From the IMG/VR virus record IMGVR_UViG_3300037200_000146, positions 1 through 44,305 of that record: a stretch of 44,305 bases of DNA; one strand, given 5' to 3'. Origin of the DNA: a virus. Shown here one piece after another: positions 23,483 through 33,179 of the stretch. Position 1 is the first letter of the stretch. Each line of letters begins with the position of its first letter. Position numbers and translations under genes: made by a program. Under the pieces are notes generated by a model. That model worked only from the letters and a program-made list of their open reading frames with translations, was not told where the DNA came from and made no database searches.

Positions 23483-24256
23483 ATGGCTTTAACAGCAGGC
23501 GTATTATCAAAAGTTCTTATCGGCCAAAGCACGGCCGTCCTGGCATCCACCGCTGCAAGCGGTGGAACAGGTCCCTATACCCAACAATGGTATAGCTCAA
23601 CGGTTACTGGGTTTACCCCCGGTTCGAGTAACTTAATCCCCGGCGCAACTGGACTCTCTTTGAGTCAATCAGGCCTTATTCCGGGAGTCACCAATTATTA
23701 TGTGGTGGTTTATACCGACGTGGGAGCAAGTACGACGATTAACTCAGCTCAACTTACGGTAGCTCAAGAACCTTCTCTTTCTCAAAACCAATTTGCGCAA
23801 TCGCCCCTCGTCGGTGTTGTCGATCTTAAAGTCGGCCCCACGAACGTTGTAGCTGCGCAAGTTGACGTAAGTGTGAGTTCACAGATTTATCCGGGACAAT
23901 CCGTAAAAATTGTTCCGAACACGGTCGGCGGAATTCTCAGAGTTGCTCCTTGTGCTGCTAACTCTGATGCATGTATCGGTTTTGCGATTTTCAACATCAA
24001 AGACATTCAATATGCCAACGGGCTTGCAAGCTCTGGGCAAAATTTGGAAGTAGCTCTTTGGGGCTCTGTGATTTGGTGTTACGCAACTGGGGCTATCACT
24101 CAAGGTCAGCGCGCTTGTCTTGATGTTAGCTATGTCGGCGGCGTTCAAGCTACAGGAAATTCTGCAACGGTTGTCGGTATGGCTTTTGACGGTGCTGCAA
24201 GTGCCGGTCTTATCCGAGTCATGTTGTTACCTAACGGCGCTTACGCAACAGCTTAA
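23483..24256 (+). CDS. Head decoration protein (DUF2190-like) with an N-terminal Ig-like domain
   Basis: The N-terminus has GGTGPYTQQWYSS. The C-terminus has CIGFAIFNIKD...GSVIWCYATGAITQGQRACLD. Confidence 0.55.
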   Translation: MALTAGVLSKVLIGQSTAVLASTAASGGTGPYTQQWYSSTVTGFTPGSSNLIPGATGLSLSQSGLIPGVTNYYVVVYTDVGASTTINSAQLTVAQEPSLSQNQFAQSPLVGVVDLKVGPTNVVAAQVDVSVSSQIYPGQSVKIVPNTVGGILRVAPCAANSDACIGFAIFNIKDIQYANGLASSGQNLEVALWGSVIWCYATGAITQGQRACLDVSYVGGVQATGNSATVVGMAFDGAASAGLIRVMLLPNGAYATA

Positions 24257-24280
24257 TAAAGAAGGGGAGATAAAATTTAA

Positions 24281-25336
24281 ATGAGAAAGCAACCCGTAAT
24301 TACAAACTCTAAGGGCGCACCAATCGTCCTTAACGAAAGAGAAGCCCATGTGGCTAACTATTGGGAACGTCATATCAAGAACTCTCTTGGATATGAAGTT
24401 GCCATCACAACCCTGACCCAAATCGTTAAGAAAGTCTCTGAGCAAAAGCTCTACCAAATTGCTCCGGCCGACTATCTTCCGATTCGTGTTGGTGAAGGAA
24501 CCTGGAGTTCTAACCTGACCACGTTCCGTAGCTATGACATCGCTGACGAATTCGAAAGCGGTATCATCAACTCAGGCGATTCGAACACGCGTCTTAGCGT
24601 GGGTGATGCCGGTGTTGATGCTCTGAACATCAAGGTCAACAACTGGGCTAAAAACTGCGGTTGGTCGATCTTTGCTCTGGAGCAAGCTGCTAAATCAGGA
24701 AACTGGGATCTTGTTTCGGCTAAAGAAAAAACCCGTAAACGTAACTGGGATCTCGGGATTCAGCGTGTGGCATTCCTCGGCGCTCGTGGTCAAAACGCAT
24801 CAAACGGTTCTTGCCTTGGTCTCTTAAACCAAGCTGGAATCACTTTCGATACCACTTTGATCACCGCTCCGTTGTCAGGCCTTGCTCCTACAAACCTTTC
24901 GACCTTCCAACAACTAGCGATTCAGCGCTATCGGGCTAACTGTAGCTATACGTCTTTCCCGACCCACTTTATCGTTCCGGAATCGGATTATAACGGCATG
25001 GCAGCGCAAGCTTCGGCTACCTTCCCGATGAAATCGATTTTGGAACTTTTGGAAGAAGGTTTCCAAATCATCACCAGGAACAAGAACTTTAAAATCTTGC
25101 CCCTTGTGTATGCTCAAGCTGCAAATGCAGGTGGATCGCTGCCCTCACAAGCTGCGACCCAAATGTATGCGTTCTTGAACTATGATGAAGAATCGCTTCG
25201 CATGGATATTCCCTTGGATTACACGAATACCCTCGCGAACAGCTTGGATAACTTTATGTTCCAAAACGCTGGCTATGGCCAATTCACCGGCGTCTTGGCA
25301 TATCGTCCGGCTGAGCTCTATTACGCTGGATTCTAA
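24281..25336 (+). CDS. Major capsid protein (DUF2184-like)
   Basis: 351 aa. Contains QKLYQIAPADYLPIRVGEGTWSSNLTTFRSYD. It follows the scaffold and decoration genes. Confidence 0.75.
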   Translation: MRKQPVITNSKGAPIVLNEREAHVANYWERHIKNSLGYEVAITTLTQIVKKVSEQKLYQIAPADYLPIRVGEGTWSSNLTTFRSYDIADEFESGIINSGDSNTRLSVGDAGVDALNIKVNNWAKNCGWSIFALEQAAKSGNWDLVSAKEKTRKRNWDLGIQRVAFLGARGQNASNGSCLGLLNQAGITFDTTLITAPLSGLAPTNLSTFQQLAIQRYRANCSYTSFPTHFIVPESDYNGMAAQASATFPMKSILELLEEGFQIITRNKNFKILPLVYAQAANAGGSLPSQAATQMYAFLNYDEESLRMDIPLDYTNTLANSLDNFMFQNAGYGQFTGVLAYRPAELYYAGF

Positions 25337-25402
25337 TCTCTGTTCGGTGCCCGAGGTGGAGCTGATATCTGCCTCGGGCATTGATTTTAGGGAGGAGTAA
25401 GT

Positions 25403-25834
25403 TTGTTTGTCGCACCGACTGTTCAGCAATTTCAAACTCAGTTCATTAGGGATTTCCCGTATGGGACAGACCCCAATGTTTCTATTTTGGATGCTGACAT
25501 TATTAATGCGTTCAATCTTACGGATATAACGATTAACCCAAGGCTTTGGGATAATCAGACCTCTTATCAAATCGCTTATGGATATCTTGCGGCTCACTTC
25601 TTAGTTTTAAATCTTCGTGCAAGCTCGCAAGGTTTGAATGGTCAGTACAATTGGGCTCAAAATTCTAAATCGGTGAACGGTGTCTCTGAAGCATTCACTA
25701 TTCCGCAAAGGGTGATCGATAACCCTGATTTCATGCAATACACGAAGACCAATTACGGAGCTCAGTATTTAAATCTACTGTGGCCTCTAATTGTTGGTCC
25801 AGCCATGAGCGTATGGGGAAGGACTAAAAGTTGA
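25403..25834 (+). CDS. Head-tail connector/adaptor protein (DUF4054-like)
   Basis: TTG start after AGGGAGGAG. Contains VQQFQTQFIRDFPYG. Confidence 0.5.
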   Translation: MFVAPTVQQFQTQFIRDFPYGTDPNVSILDADIINAFNLTDITINPRLWDNQTSYQIAYGYLAAHFLVLNLRASSQGLNGQYNWAQNSKSVNGVSEAFTIPQRVIDNPDFMQYTKTNYGAQYLNLLWPLIVGPAMSVWGRTKS

Positions 25835-26298
25835 GCGACGATATCGAATTTAAAACAAATGGACTCGATCAACTCATCAAATCCCTCAAGGGAAAGCTCC
25901 CCACTGTTCGCGTTGGTATTTTAGGTTCTCATGATGCGCGCCGAGGCGGAGTGAACGGTAATGCCGAGATCGGTGCAAAACATGAGTTTGGCGGAGATGG
26001 GATGCCTATCCGTTCGTTCTTAAGAGTTCCTATTTCAGAAAACATTGGTTCTTATTTAGAGAATTACGGAGCATTTGATGAAGACAATCTCAAAAAAGTC
26101 ATCAACGAAGGCAAGCTTAGCGTTTGGATGAAGCAAGTCGGGATTGTGGCCGAGAAAATTGTCGGCGACGCATTTGCAAGTGGTGGCTTTGGCAAATGGC
26201 CAAAATGGAAGGGTAATTACAAATCAAACACCGGATTGATCCTTGTTGATACCACGCAACTTCGAAACAGCATAACGAGTGAGGTTAAAGATGGCTAA
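25831..26298 (+). CDS. Head-tail joining / neck protein (by position)
   Basis: 155-aa ORF in the connector block. Confidence 0.4.
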   Translation: MSDDIEFKTNGLDQLIKSLKGKLPTVRVGILGSHDARRGGVNGNAEIGAKHEFGGDGMPIRSFLRVPISENIGSYLENYGAFDEDNLKKVINEGKLSVWMKQVGIVAEKIVGDAFASGGFGKWPKWKGNYKSNTGLILVDTTQLRNSITSEVKDG

Positions 26299-26695
26299 CA
26301 CCGGCACGATTGCTAATGCTGCGAATCTCCCGCTGTTTGCTAAATCAGGAACAACGCCTGACGTGAGCGGCGCGCTGCAAAGCTATTACCAATCTCTCAC
26401 ATTTGAGCCTCTTGTTAAAACCGTCACTGGTTTTCAAGTGGTTGAGACAGCCAATCCTATTAACTTTTGGGGCAATGTTCAGCCATATAATCAAAGACAG
26501 CTTATTCTTTTGCCGGTTGGACAAAGGGCTTGGACATGGATTTCCATATTTTGCGATCCTGTTGTCACGCTTCAGGTAGATGACGTGGTGCTTTTTAAAA
26601 ACAAGCAGACCAGAGTAATGGCGCGTCAGGATAACGCACTTTATGGTTTTATCAGACTAGATTGTGTTCAAGATTGGCTTGGGAGCGGCCCATGA
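26291..26695 (+). CDS. Tail completion / neck protein (by position)
   Basis: Start taken at the ATG after GAGG (MANTGTIANA). Confidence 0.4.
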   Translation: MANTGTIANAANLPLFAKSGTTPDVSGALQSYYQSLTFEPLVKTVTGFQVVETANPINFWGNVQPYNQRQLILLPVGQRAWTWISIFCDPVVTLQVDDVVLFKNKQTRVMARQDNALYGFIRLDCVQDWLGSGP

Positions 26696-27444
26696 CAACT
26701 CTCGCGCTTTCCCAATCTAAAACAGCAGTTGGAGCTAATATTACGGCATCGTTTTTGGCGACGGGAGGGACGTCGCCTTATACGTATTCCGTTCGCAGTG
26801 GGGGTGCCGGAGGAACAATCAATAGCTCAACTGGGCTCTACACGGCACCCCCTGCGGTTAGTCCAAATCCTTTACAGCTTTATGACACTATCCAAGTGGC
26901 AGATAATGCCAGCCCTAAGAATATCGCAACGGCCCAAATCTTTGTTGGAACTCCACTTCTTCTTTTCTGTGACATCATTCAAAATCAAATGGGGCTTGAT
27001 AACAACCACATTTATCTTTGGGAACAAAAGCTTTTCCAGCCAACCGATTCAAGTCTTTATGTAGCTGTCTCGGTTCTCTCATGTAAGCCGTTTGGGAATA
27101 CGAACTATTTTAACGGTTCAACCCAACAATCCATTCAATCGGTGAATATGTATGCCCAGCTTCAATTAGACATTATCTCCAGGGGACCTGCGGCCAGGGA
27201 TCAAAAAGAACTTGTGATTATGGCTCTTAACTCTAACTATTCACAAAGCCAACAACAAGGGAACGGCTTCTTTATAGGCGAGCTTCCTCCCGGATCTCAT
27301 TTTGTAAACTTATCAAACATAGATGGGGCAGCGATTCCATATCGATTCGCGATCTCTGTGGCCATGCAATATTTCGTCCAAAAGATTACGGCTGTTCCGT
27401 ATTTCAGTTCTTTCCCAACACCAACGGTGATCACAAATGCCTAA
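26692..27444 (+). CDS. Virion protein with an N-terminal Ig-like domain
   Basis: ATGA-coupled start MTTLALSQ. Contains GGTSPYTYSVRSGGAGGTINSSTGLYTAPP. Confidence 0.5.
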   Translation: MTTLALSQSKTAVGANITASFLATGGTSPYTYSVRSGGAGGTINSSTGLYTAPPAVSPNPLQLYDTIQVADNASPKNIATAQIFVGTPLLLFCDIIQNQMGLDNNHIYLWEQKLFQPTDSSLYVAVSVLSCKPFGNTNYFNGSTQQSIQSVNMYAQLQLDIISRGPAARDQKELVIMALNSNYSQSQQQGNGFFIGELPPGSHFVNLSNIDGAAIPYRFAISVAMQYFVQKITAVPYFSSFPTPTVITNA

Positions 27445-27457
27445 CGGAGGATTTTAA

Positions 27458-28888
27458 ATGGCTAACTTACCCTTTTCAGAAGTAGTAACGGTATCGGTCG
27501 CACAAGCGCCGGTCGGTGCTGCCGAATACAACACTAGCAACATTGCTATTTTTTCAAATGAAGTTTATGCGGATACCTTTGGAGATCTTGGATACCAAAT
27601 CTATCTCTCTCCACAACAAGTTGGGATTGATTTCGGCACCAATTCCAATACCTATCAAATGGCAGTGGCGATTTTCTCCCAACAACCAAATATTCTTCTT
27701 AATGGAGGATACCTGGTCGTTATTCCATTTGTTAATGCGGTTCAAACTTTGGCCCTTTCTGGAGTTGCGGCGAGCGGGACTTTTGAACTGACTCTTGGGG
27801 GGAATACTTCGGCCGCTATCAACTGGAACGATTCGGCTTCTGTTATTCAAGGAAAGCTTGTAGCTGCCTGGACTCAAGTGCCGGGAGTGGTTGTTTCTGG
27901 TTCAATTGCATCTGAATCTCTTGTGATTAGCCTGGATGGTCTATATGGACCCCAAAGCCTTATTACTGTGAGTGCAAATTCACTTATGACATCAGGTTCA
28001 GTTGCCATTACGGTTACGCCGTCAACCACGACTCCCGGTGAAACGCTAACCGGGGCAATTAACAGAAGCCAAGGACTTGTTCAATACTTTGGTATCATGG
28101 GAACTCTGATCTTTGATCAGGCCGATACTTTAGCTGCGGCCGCTGTGATTCAAACTATCAATGCTCTTGGATTCTTTGGCTCACGCACTGAAGCGGATAT
28201 TGAACCAGCAGGCACGCTTGATCTCCTAAGAAGTGGAACCCTTACACAGAGTCGAGGCCTCTATTATGGGGGTTCAACTGATTTGTCGGTCCTGCAGTTT
28301 ATGGCAGCTTATGCGGGCCGTGGTTTGTCAGTTGTTTTCTCAGCATCACTGACAACTCTGACCATGAATTTGAAACAACTCTCAGGCATTCAACCTGACC
28401 CATCCATGACTCCTGCGATTAAAGCTCTGGCAGAAGCTGCCGGAGCCGATATCTATGCAAGCCTTAATGGAACTCCTGGGGTCATCTCTTTCGGTGCCAA
28501 TGATTATTTCGATGATCAATACAATATCCAATGGTTTGTGGGAGCGCTTCAAATCGCTCTTTTTAATCTCTTACAGGCAACCTCAACCAAGATTGCACAG
28601 ACCGAGAGTGGCATGTATCAGCTTAAAAACGCAGCTCGGCAAGTGTGCGAACAAGCCGTTTCTAACGGGTTCTTGGCTCCAGGTTCCTGGAATAGCTCTG
28701 AGTTCTTTGGGAATCAGGCGCTATTTATCTCTAATATTTCACAACAAGGTTACTACATTTACTCAAGCCCCATTTCTGAACAGTCCGAGAGTATCCGAAT
28801 TGCTAGAGAAGCCCCGTTAATCCAAGTCGCAGTTAAATATGCAGGAGCCATCCAAACGGCATCGCTCCTTGTGATCGTGAACCAATAA
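27458..28888 (+). CDS. Tail sheath protein (DUF3383-like)
   Basis: 476 aa, immediately upstream of the tube, chaperone and tape measure genes. The N-terminus is MANLPFSEVVTVSV. Confidence 0.65.
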   Translation: MANLPFSEVVTVSVAQAPVGAAEYNTSNIAIFSNEVYADTFGDLGYQIYLSPQQVGIDFGTNSNTYQMAVAIFSQQPNILLNGGYLVVIPFVNAVQTLALSGVAASGTFELTLGGNTSAAINWNDSASVIQGKLVAAWTQVPGVVVSGSIASESLVISLDGLYGPQSLITVSANSLMTSGSVAITVTPSTTTPGETLTGAINRSQGLVQYFGIMGTLIFDQADTLAAAAVIQTINALGFFGSRTEADIEPAGTLDLLRSGTLTQSRGLYYGGSTDLSVLQFMAAYAGRGLSVVFSASLTTLTMNLKQLSGIQPDPSMTPAIKALAEAAGADIYASLNGTPGVISFGANDYFDDQYNIQWFVGALQIALFNLLQATSTKIAQTESGMYQLKNAARQVCEQAVSNGFLAPGSWNSSEFFGNQALFISNISQQGYYIYSSPISEQSESIRIAREAPLIQVAVKYAGAIQTASLLVIVNQ

Positions 28889-28899
28889 AGGAGATAAGT

Positions 28900-29355
28900 A
28901 TGAGTGCTGTAGCATTAACCGGCTCTGATACCGTCATCATCAATAACAGGAACATCGTTGACCTGGCTGATGGGGATTGTGTCACCCTTGAATTTCCAAA
29001 CGATATCGCCAACGCTAAGATTGGTAAAAACGGGAACGCCATTTATGGGTTAAACCAAATGGGAAACCTGGCTGAGGTTAAACTTAGGGTGATTAGGGGA
29101 AGTGCCGATGATAACTTCCTAAATAACCTAATCTCTCAGCAACAAGCCAATTTTGCAGGCACCGTTCTAATGATTGGTGAGTTCATCAAGCAATTAGGCG
29201 ATGGCGCAGGAAACATCACCTCTGACACTTACATTTTGGCGGGGGGAATTATGCAAAAGCAAATCCCGGCTAAAAGTAACGTGGAAGGTGACACGGAGCA
29301 AAGCGTTTCGATCTACATGATGAAGTTCACCAGCGCACCTAGGGTCTTAACTTAA
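28900..29355 (+). CDS. Tail tube protein (DUF3277-like)
   Basis: 151 aa, following the sheath gene. Confidence 0.6.
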   Translation: MSAVALTGSDTVIINNRNIVDLADGDCVTLEFPNDIANAKIGKNGNAIYGLNQMGNLAEVKLRVIRGSADDNFLNNLISQQQANFAGTVLMIGEFIKQLGDGAGNITSDTYILAGGIMQKQIPAKSNVEGDTEQSVSIYMMKFTSAPRVLT

Positions 29356-29356
29356 T

Positions 29357-29737
29357 ATGAAGCTTCCTAGTGGCGCGGAACTCCGCATTACTTTGGCTCC
29401 CTTTTCAGATGCAAAAGCCCTTTATCAGGCTTTCTTAGAAGAGGTGAAAACCCTTAAATGGGAAGCTACAACCGAGATCGACACGAATTTTATCAAGGAT
29501 ATTTTTTGTGTAGGGCTTGCCTCAAAGAAATTTGAGGGAGCTCTATGGAAATGTATGGAACGTGCTCTTTATAATAATTTAAAGATCACGGATCAGACAT
29601 TTGAGCCAGAAGAGGCAAGACAGGATTATGTTCCAGTTTGCTTTGAAGTCGCGAAGGAAAACATCACGCCTTTTACGAAGACCCTTATGCCGCTGTTCTC
29701 TCGAGTCGGGGGGATGTTGGCCAAAAGCCCCGCATAA
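29357..29737 (+). CDS. Tail assembly chaperone (short form)
   Basis: 126 aa, located between the tube and tape measure genes. Confidence 0.6.
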   Translation: MKLPSGAELRITLAPFSDAKALYQAFLEEVKTLKWEATTEIDTNFIKDIFCVGLASKKFEGALWKCMERALYNNLKITDQTFEPEEARQDYVPVCFEVAKENITPFTKTLMPLFSRVGGMLAKSPA

Positions 29738-29910
29738 GGGTCGATGATCAGGACGTGCTCATTCACTTTCGCCTCGTGAAAGCAGGATATGGGACTTTAA
29801 AGGAGGTTGAAGATATGGATGCCAGAACCGTTCTTCAAGCCCTTCATTACGAAAAATTCATAAGTGATTACGAATCTGCTTACGTTGAACTTAATAGGAA
29901 AAAGGACTAG
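29707..29910 (+). CDS. Frameshift extension of the tail assembly chaperone (-1 frame; slip site not determined)
   Basis: The -1 frame is open from before 29707 to the TAG at 29908..29910. It has no start codon of its own until a Met about 27 codons from its 3' end. It reads ...RVDDQDVLIHFRLVKAGYGTLKEVEDMDARTVLQALHYEKFISDYESAYVELNRKKD. Candidate slip sites are G6 (29708..29713) and ccaaaag (29721..29727). Confidence 0.55.
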   Translation, partial: RGDVGQKPRIRVDDQDVLIHFRLVKAGYGTLKEVEDMDARTVLQALHYEKFISDYESAYVELNRKKD

Positions 29911-29912
29911 CC

Positions 29913-31052
29913 GTGCAAGTCGGAGAATTATTTATATCTCTTGGTCTTAAAGGCGCTGATGTGGTCGAAAAAGGAATCAAGGGCGCAAAAGATGGCATGG
30001 GAGCATTGGCTTCAATGTCTCTTGAGGCGAAAGCAGCGGTTCTTGCGTTAACCGCCGCTCTTGAAGAAGGTGCCCGCAGGTCCCTGGTTGAAGGAACTGA
30101 TTTAGTTAATTTCAGCACCGAAACCGGAATTGCCATAGATAAAATCGGAGCCCTCAAGAATGAGTTTAGACAATTTGGCTCGGGAGCAGAAAGTGGTCTT
30201 CTGGGCACACTAAAACAAATTCAAAGCGTTATTACAGATGTTCGGTTTAATGAGGGAACCTCGGGGGAGTTTAACTTATTTAAAAACCTAACGGGTGCTG
30301 ATCCTGAGAAAATGAAGCACGATTCCGTATATGTTTTAGAAAAAGCACGCGAACTAGCTCATAAATTAAAGGATGATCCACAAGGGTTAAAAAAGATATT
30401 AAAAGGCGTTGGGATCTCAGATGAAAATGTTGTTGCAGGACTCATGCGAGGAAGTAACGATTTAACTAATCTAAAGCCTGGAAATATCATTAATGCCTCT
30501 GAAGCTGCGACTTTAGATAAAACTAACATTCAGCTTTTGAATCTTTGGGACAATATAAAGAAATTCGCAGGACATGAGACCGTGAAGTTTGGTCCAAGCT
30601 TTGTAAAAGATTTGATTAAAGTAACTGAAGTTGTTTTACAACTAACCAAAGCTCTTTTGGAATTAGGTAATTCTCTTGGTGTTTTTAAACTTATGGACAC
30701 TTTAATCTCATCTATCGCGGATAAAACCGGAAATGGTATTAAGGATGCCAATGGTCACATTCAATCGCAACAGAGTAATTTTCAAAAGGGAATAGAATCC
30801 GTAAAAAGTATTGGCCATTCAAATCCATTTACGGGGGGTGAAACTCATCCTTATTCAACTAAGAAATTTATGGATGATTTTCTTAAAGGCCTTCATTCAA
30901 TTAAAGACGTGGCCGGCCATGGAACACAGAATCATGCAAGTAATACAACGGTCAATATTCATGGCGTTGAAGGGGCAGAAGATGCCGTTAGTGAATTAAA
31001 GCGTGCAATCGCTCTTACGGTTCCTCGCTATAATAGAAATCAGGTAGCTTAA
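29913..31052 (+). CDS. Tape measure protein (short, 379 aa)
   Basis: GTG start. The protein is helical and Ala/Leu/Lys-rich. Position follows the chaperone. Confidence 0.65.
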   Translation: MQVGELFISLGLKGADVVEKGIKGAKDGMGALASMSLEAKAAVLALTAALEEGARRSLVEGTDLVNFSTETGIAIDKIGALKNEFRQFGSGAESGLLGTLKQIQSVITDVRFNEGTSGEFNLFKNLTGADPEKMKHDSVYVLEKARELAHKLKDDPQGLKKILKGVGISDENVVAGLMRGSNDLTNLKPGNIINASEAATLDKTNIQLLNLWDNIKKFAGHETVKFGPSFVKDLIKVTEVVLQLTKALLELGNSLGVFKLMDTLISSIADKTGNGIKDANGHIQSQQSNFQKGIESVKSIGHSNPFTGGETHPYSTKKFMDDFLKGLHSIKDVAGHGTQNHASNTTVNIHGVEGAEDAVSELKRAIALTVPRYNRNQVA

Positions 31053-31053
31053 G

Positions 31054-31947
31054 ATGGCTGTAGGGATTTCAAATTTACCAACAGGTGTGTCAACAATAAC
31101 CAGTGCGATCACATCGGCCGCGAATCTTTTATTTGTTAGCCCCCAGCAAACGGTAGGATATCAACCACAGCCTCCTCCTGGAGGTCCTCAGCAATCAGCT
31201 ATTGTTTTTCACTATGAGGGGGAGCAAACCTCAACCCTAGAAAGCGATATTACTGATCACTTCATCGAAGACAATACAGCCATTCAGGATCAAATCTCAT
31301 TAAAGCCCATCATCATAACAACCCACGGGTTTGTTGGTGAGCTAAATGATGTAGCTCCTCTTGGTCTTCAAACCCTTCAACAAGCAGCTCAAAAGCTTGT
31401 AGCAATTGGAGCTTATACTCCAGGCTTATCGGCTACGGCTCTTCTGGCCTACAATGAGGCCGCTTTTGCCTATCAAACGGCGACAAGTGCAGCATCATCC
31501 GTTGTGGCATCATGGAATACGTTAAATAATTCTGGAGCTGGCGGTGAAAATGTTATCAATGGCAATTCTAATGTTAGTCAAGCCAATCCATTTGTTGGAA
31601 CAAAGCAAGGTAGTCAAACCATTCAACAGCAATATTACCAAAACTTTTATTCTTATTGGATAACAAGAACGCTATTCACGATTCAAACTCCTTGGGCGAT
31701 TTTTCAGAATATGGCGATTCGAACTATTCGCGCAATACAGGATGCTGAAACTAATACGATAACTGATTTTGAAATCAGCTTTAAGCAAATGCGGTTTGCT
31801 GACACTCAGTCAATCCTAGATGGAACCGTGGTTGACTCCTCTAACACTCAAGGACAGCTTCAATATCAGTCTCAATCGGCTGTGAGTAATGGAACTCAGC
31901 CAATGAACATTCCCTCATCAACCACCCTAACGAGTATGTTGGCATGA
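31054..31947 (+). CDS. Tail/baseplate protein (possibly DNA-circulation-like)
   Basis: Assigned by position after the tape measure gene. Confidence 0.35.
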   Translation: MAVGISNLPTGVSTITSAITSAANLLFVSPQQTVGYQPQPPPGGPQQSAIVFHYEGEQTSTLESDITDHFIEDNTAIQDQISLKPIIITTHGFVGELNDVAPLGLQTLQQAAQKLVAIGAYTPGLSATALLAYNEAAFAYQTATSAASSVVASWNTLNNSGAGGENVINGNSNVSQANPFVGTKQGSQTIQQQYYQNFYSYWITRTLFTIQTPWAIFQNMAIRTIRAIQDAETNTITDFEISFKQMRFADTQSILDGTVVDSSNTQGQLQYQSQSAVSNGTQPMNIPSSTTLTSMLA

Positions 31948-31948
31948 T

Positions 31949-32299
31949 ATGTTTCAAATAGAGAATCTTACAGACAATGCTCTTCAGGTCCAAACATTAA
32001 TACTAGAAGATGGTACTTCCATATTGATGACGTTATATTTTAGCCAAGTCGCCCAAGGGTGGTTCATTCAGAACTTAACCTATGGAACATTTATTTTGAG
32101 TGGGTTTAAGGTCGTTAATTCACCAAATCTCCTATATCAGTGGCAAAATATTTTACCATTCGGGTTGGCTTGTTTTTCTATAAATAACAATGCTATTGAC
32201 CCAAGTTTCGTTGGTGATTTTCTTTCCGGTAATTCGAGCTTGTATATTTTAACTCAAGCCGAATGCCAGCAATACGCGGAGTTTTTAAGTGGCCAATAA
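31949..32299 (+). CDS. Baseplate-module protein, unknown role
   Basis: 116-aa ORF. Confidence 0.35.
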   Translation: MFQIENLTDNALQVQTLILEDGTSILMTLYFSQVAQGWFIQNLTYGTFILSGFKVVNSPNLLYQWQNILPFGLACFSINNNAIDPSFVGDFLSGNSSLYILTQAECQQYAEFLSGQ

Positions 32300-33179
32300 A
32301 CTCGGAAGAAATTATCTTTTATCAGTTCAACTTGATCCGACATCTACCGATAGGATTGAAATTCAGCCCCCCTTTACTCTTGAATTTGATATTGTAAAAA
32401 ACACTTTTGGCAGTGGAAACGAAGCTTCATTTAGAATTTATAATCTATCAAAAGACACGAGAGGCGATTTAAGGTTTGATTCCACAAATATTGGGGTCAA
32501 TAGAAATGTTACCATGTATGCTGGATATGGAGATAAGCTGTCTCTGATTTTTTCAGGAAACATGACTCAAGCCTATTCTGTTCGAGAGGGTAATAATTTC
32601 ATAACCCAAATCTTTAGTAGAGATTGTGGTTTAGCTGTATCAAATTCTCAAAGCTCAATAACAATATCATCTGGAACTGCTAGAAAACAAATTCTTGAAA
32701 CATTGATAAAATCTTTAAATGTGCCTGCCTATGGAAACGTTACCGTCGGTACTATAGGAAACAATTTTACTGATGTTAATTTACGTGGAACGTCTATGAG
32801 TGGAAATACAGTTGATATTATAAATGATTTGTCTGGTAACGGGCTTTCATTTGATAATGGCAAGGCTTACGTTTTAGACGATGGAGAATGTATCCAGGGA
32901 GATTTTGAGCTTATTAACGCTAGCACTGGATTACTTGGTACTCCTTGGCTTGAAAATTTCTTTGTAAGACTCCAGATGCTATTTGAGCCGAGAGTATTAA
33001 TGAACCAATTAATAACTCTCGATAGCATAACGGCTGATTCTGATTTTAGTAAGCAATACAAGGTTATCTCAGTAAAACATAGGGGAATGATTTCCGATGC
33101 TGTTTGTGGAGATGCGATAACGGAACTTACTCTATCGTCCGGACAGGGATCTCTTAGTGTTGTGGGTCTAGGTGTTTAA
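32289..33179 (+). CDS. Baseplate hub-like protein
   Basis: Assigned by position upstream of the spike gene. Contains PPFTLEFDIVKN...FRIYNLS. Confidence 0.45.
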   Translation: MANKLGRNYLLSVQLDPTSTDRIEIQPPFTLEFDIVKNTFGSGNEASFRIYNLSKDTRGDLRFDSTNIGVNRNVTMYAGYGDKLSLIFSGNMTQAYSVREGNNFITQIFSRDCGLAVSNSQSSITISSGTARKQILETLIKSLNVPAYGNVTVGTIGNNFTDVNLRGTSMSGNTVDIINDLSGNGLSFDNGKAYVLDDGECIQGDFELINASTGLLGTPWLENFFVRLQMLFEPRVLMNQLITLDSITADSDFSKQYKVISVKHRGMISDAVCGDAITELTLSSGQGSLSVVGLGV

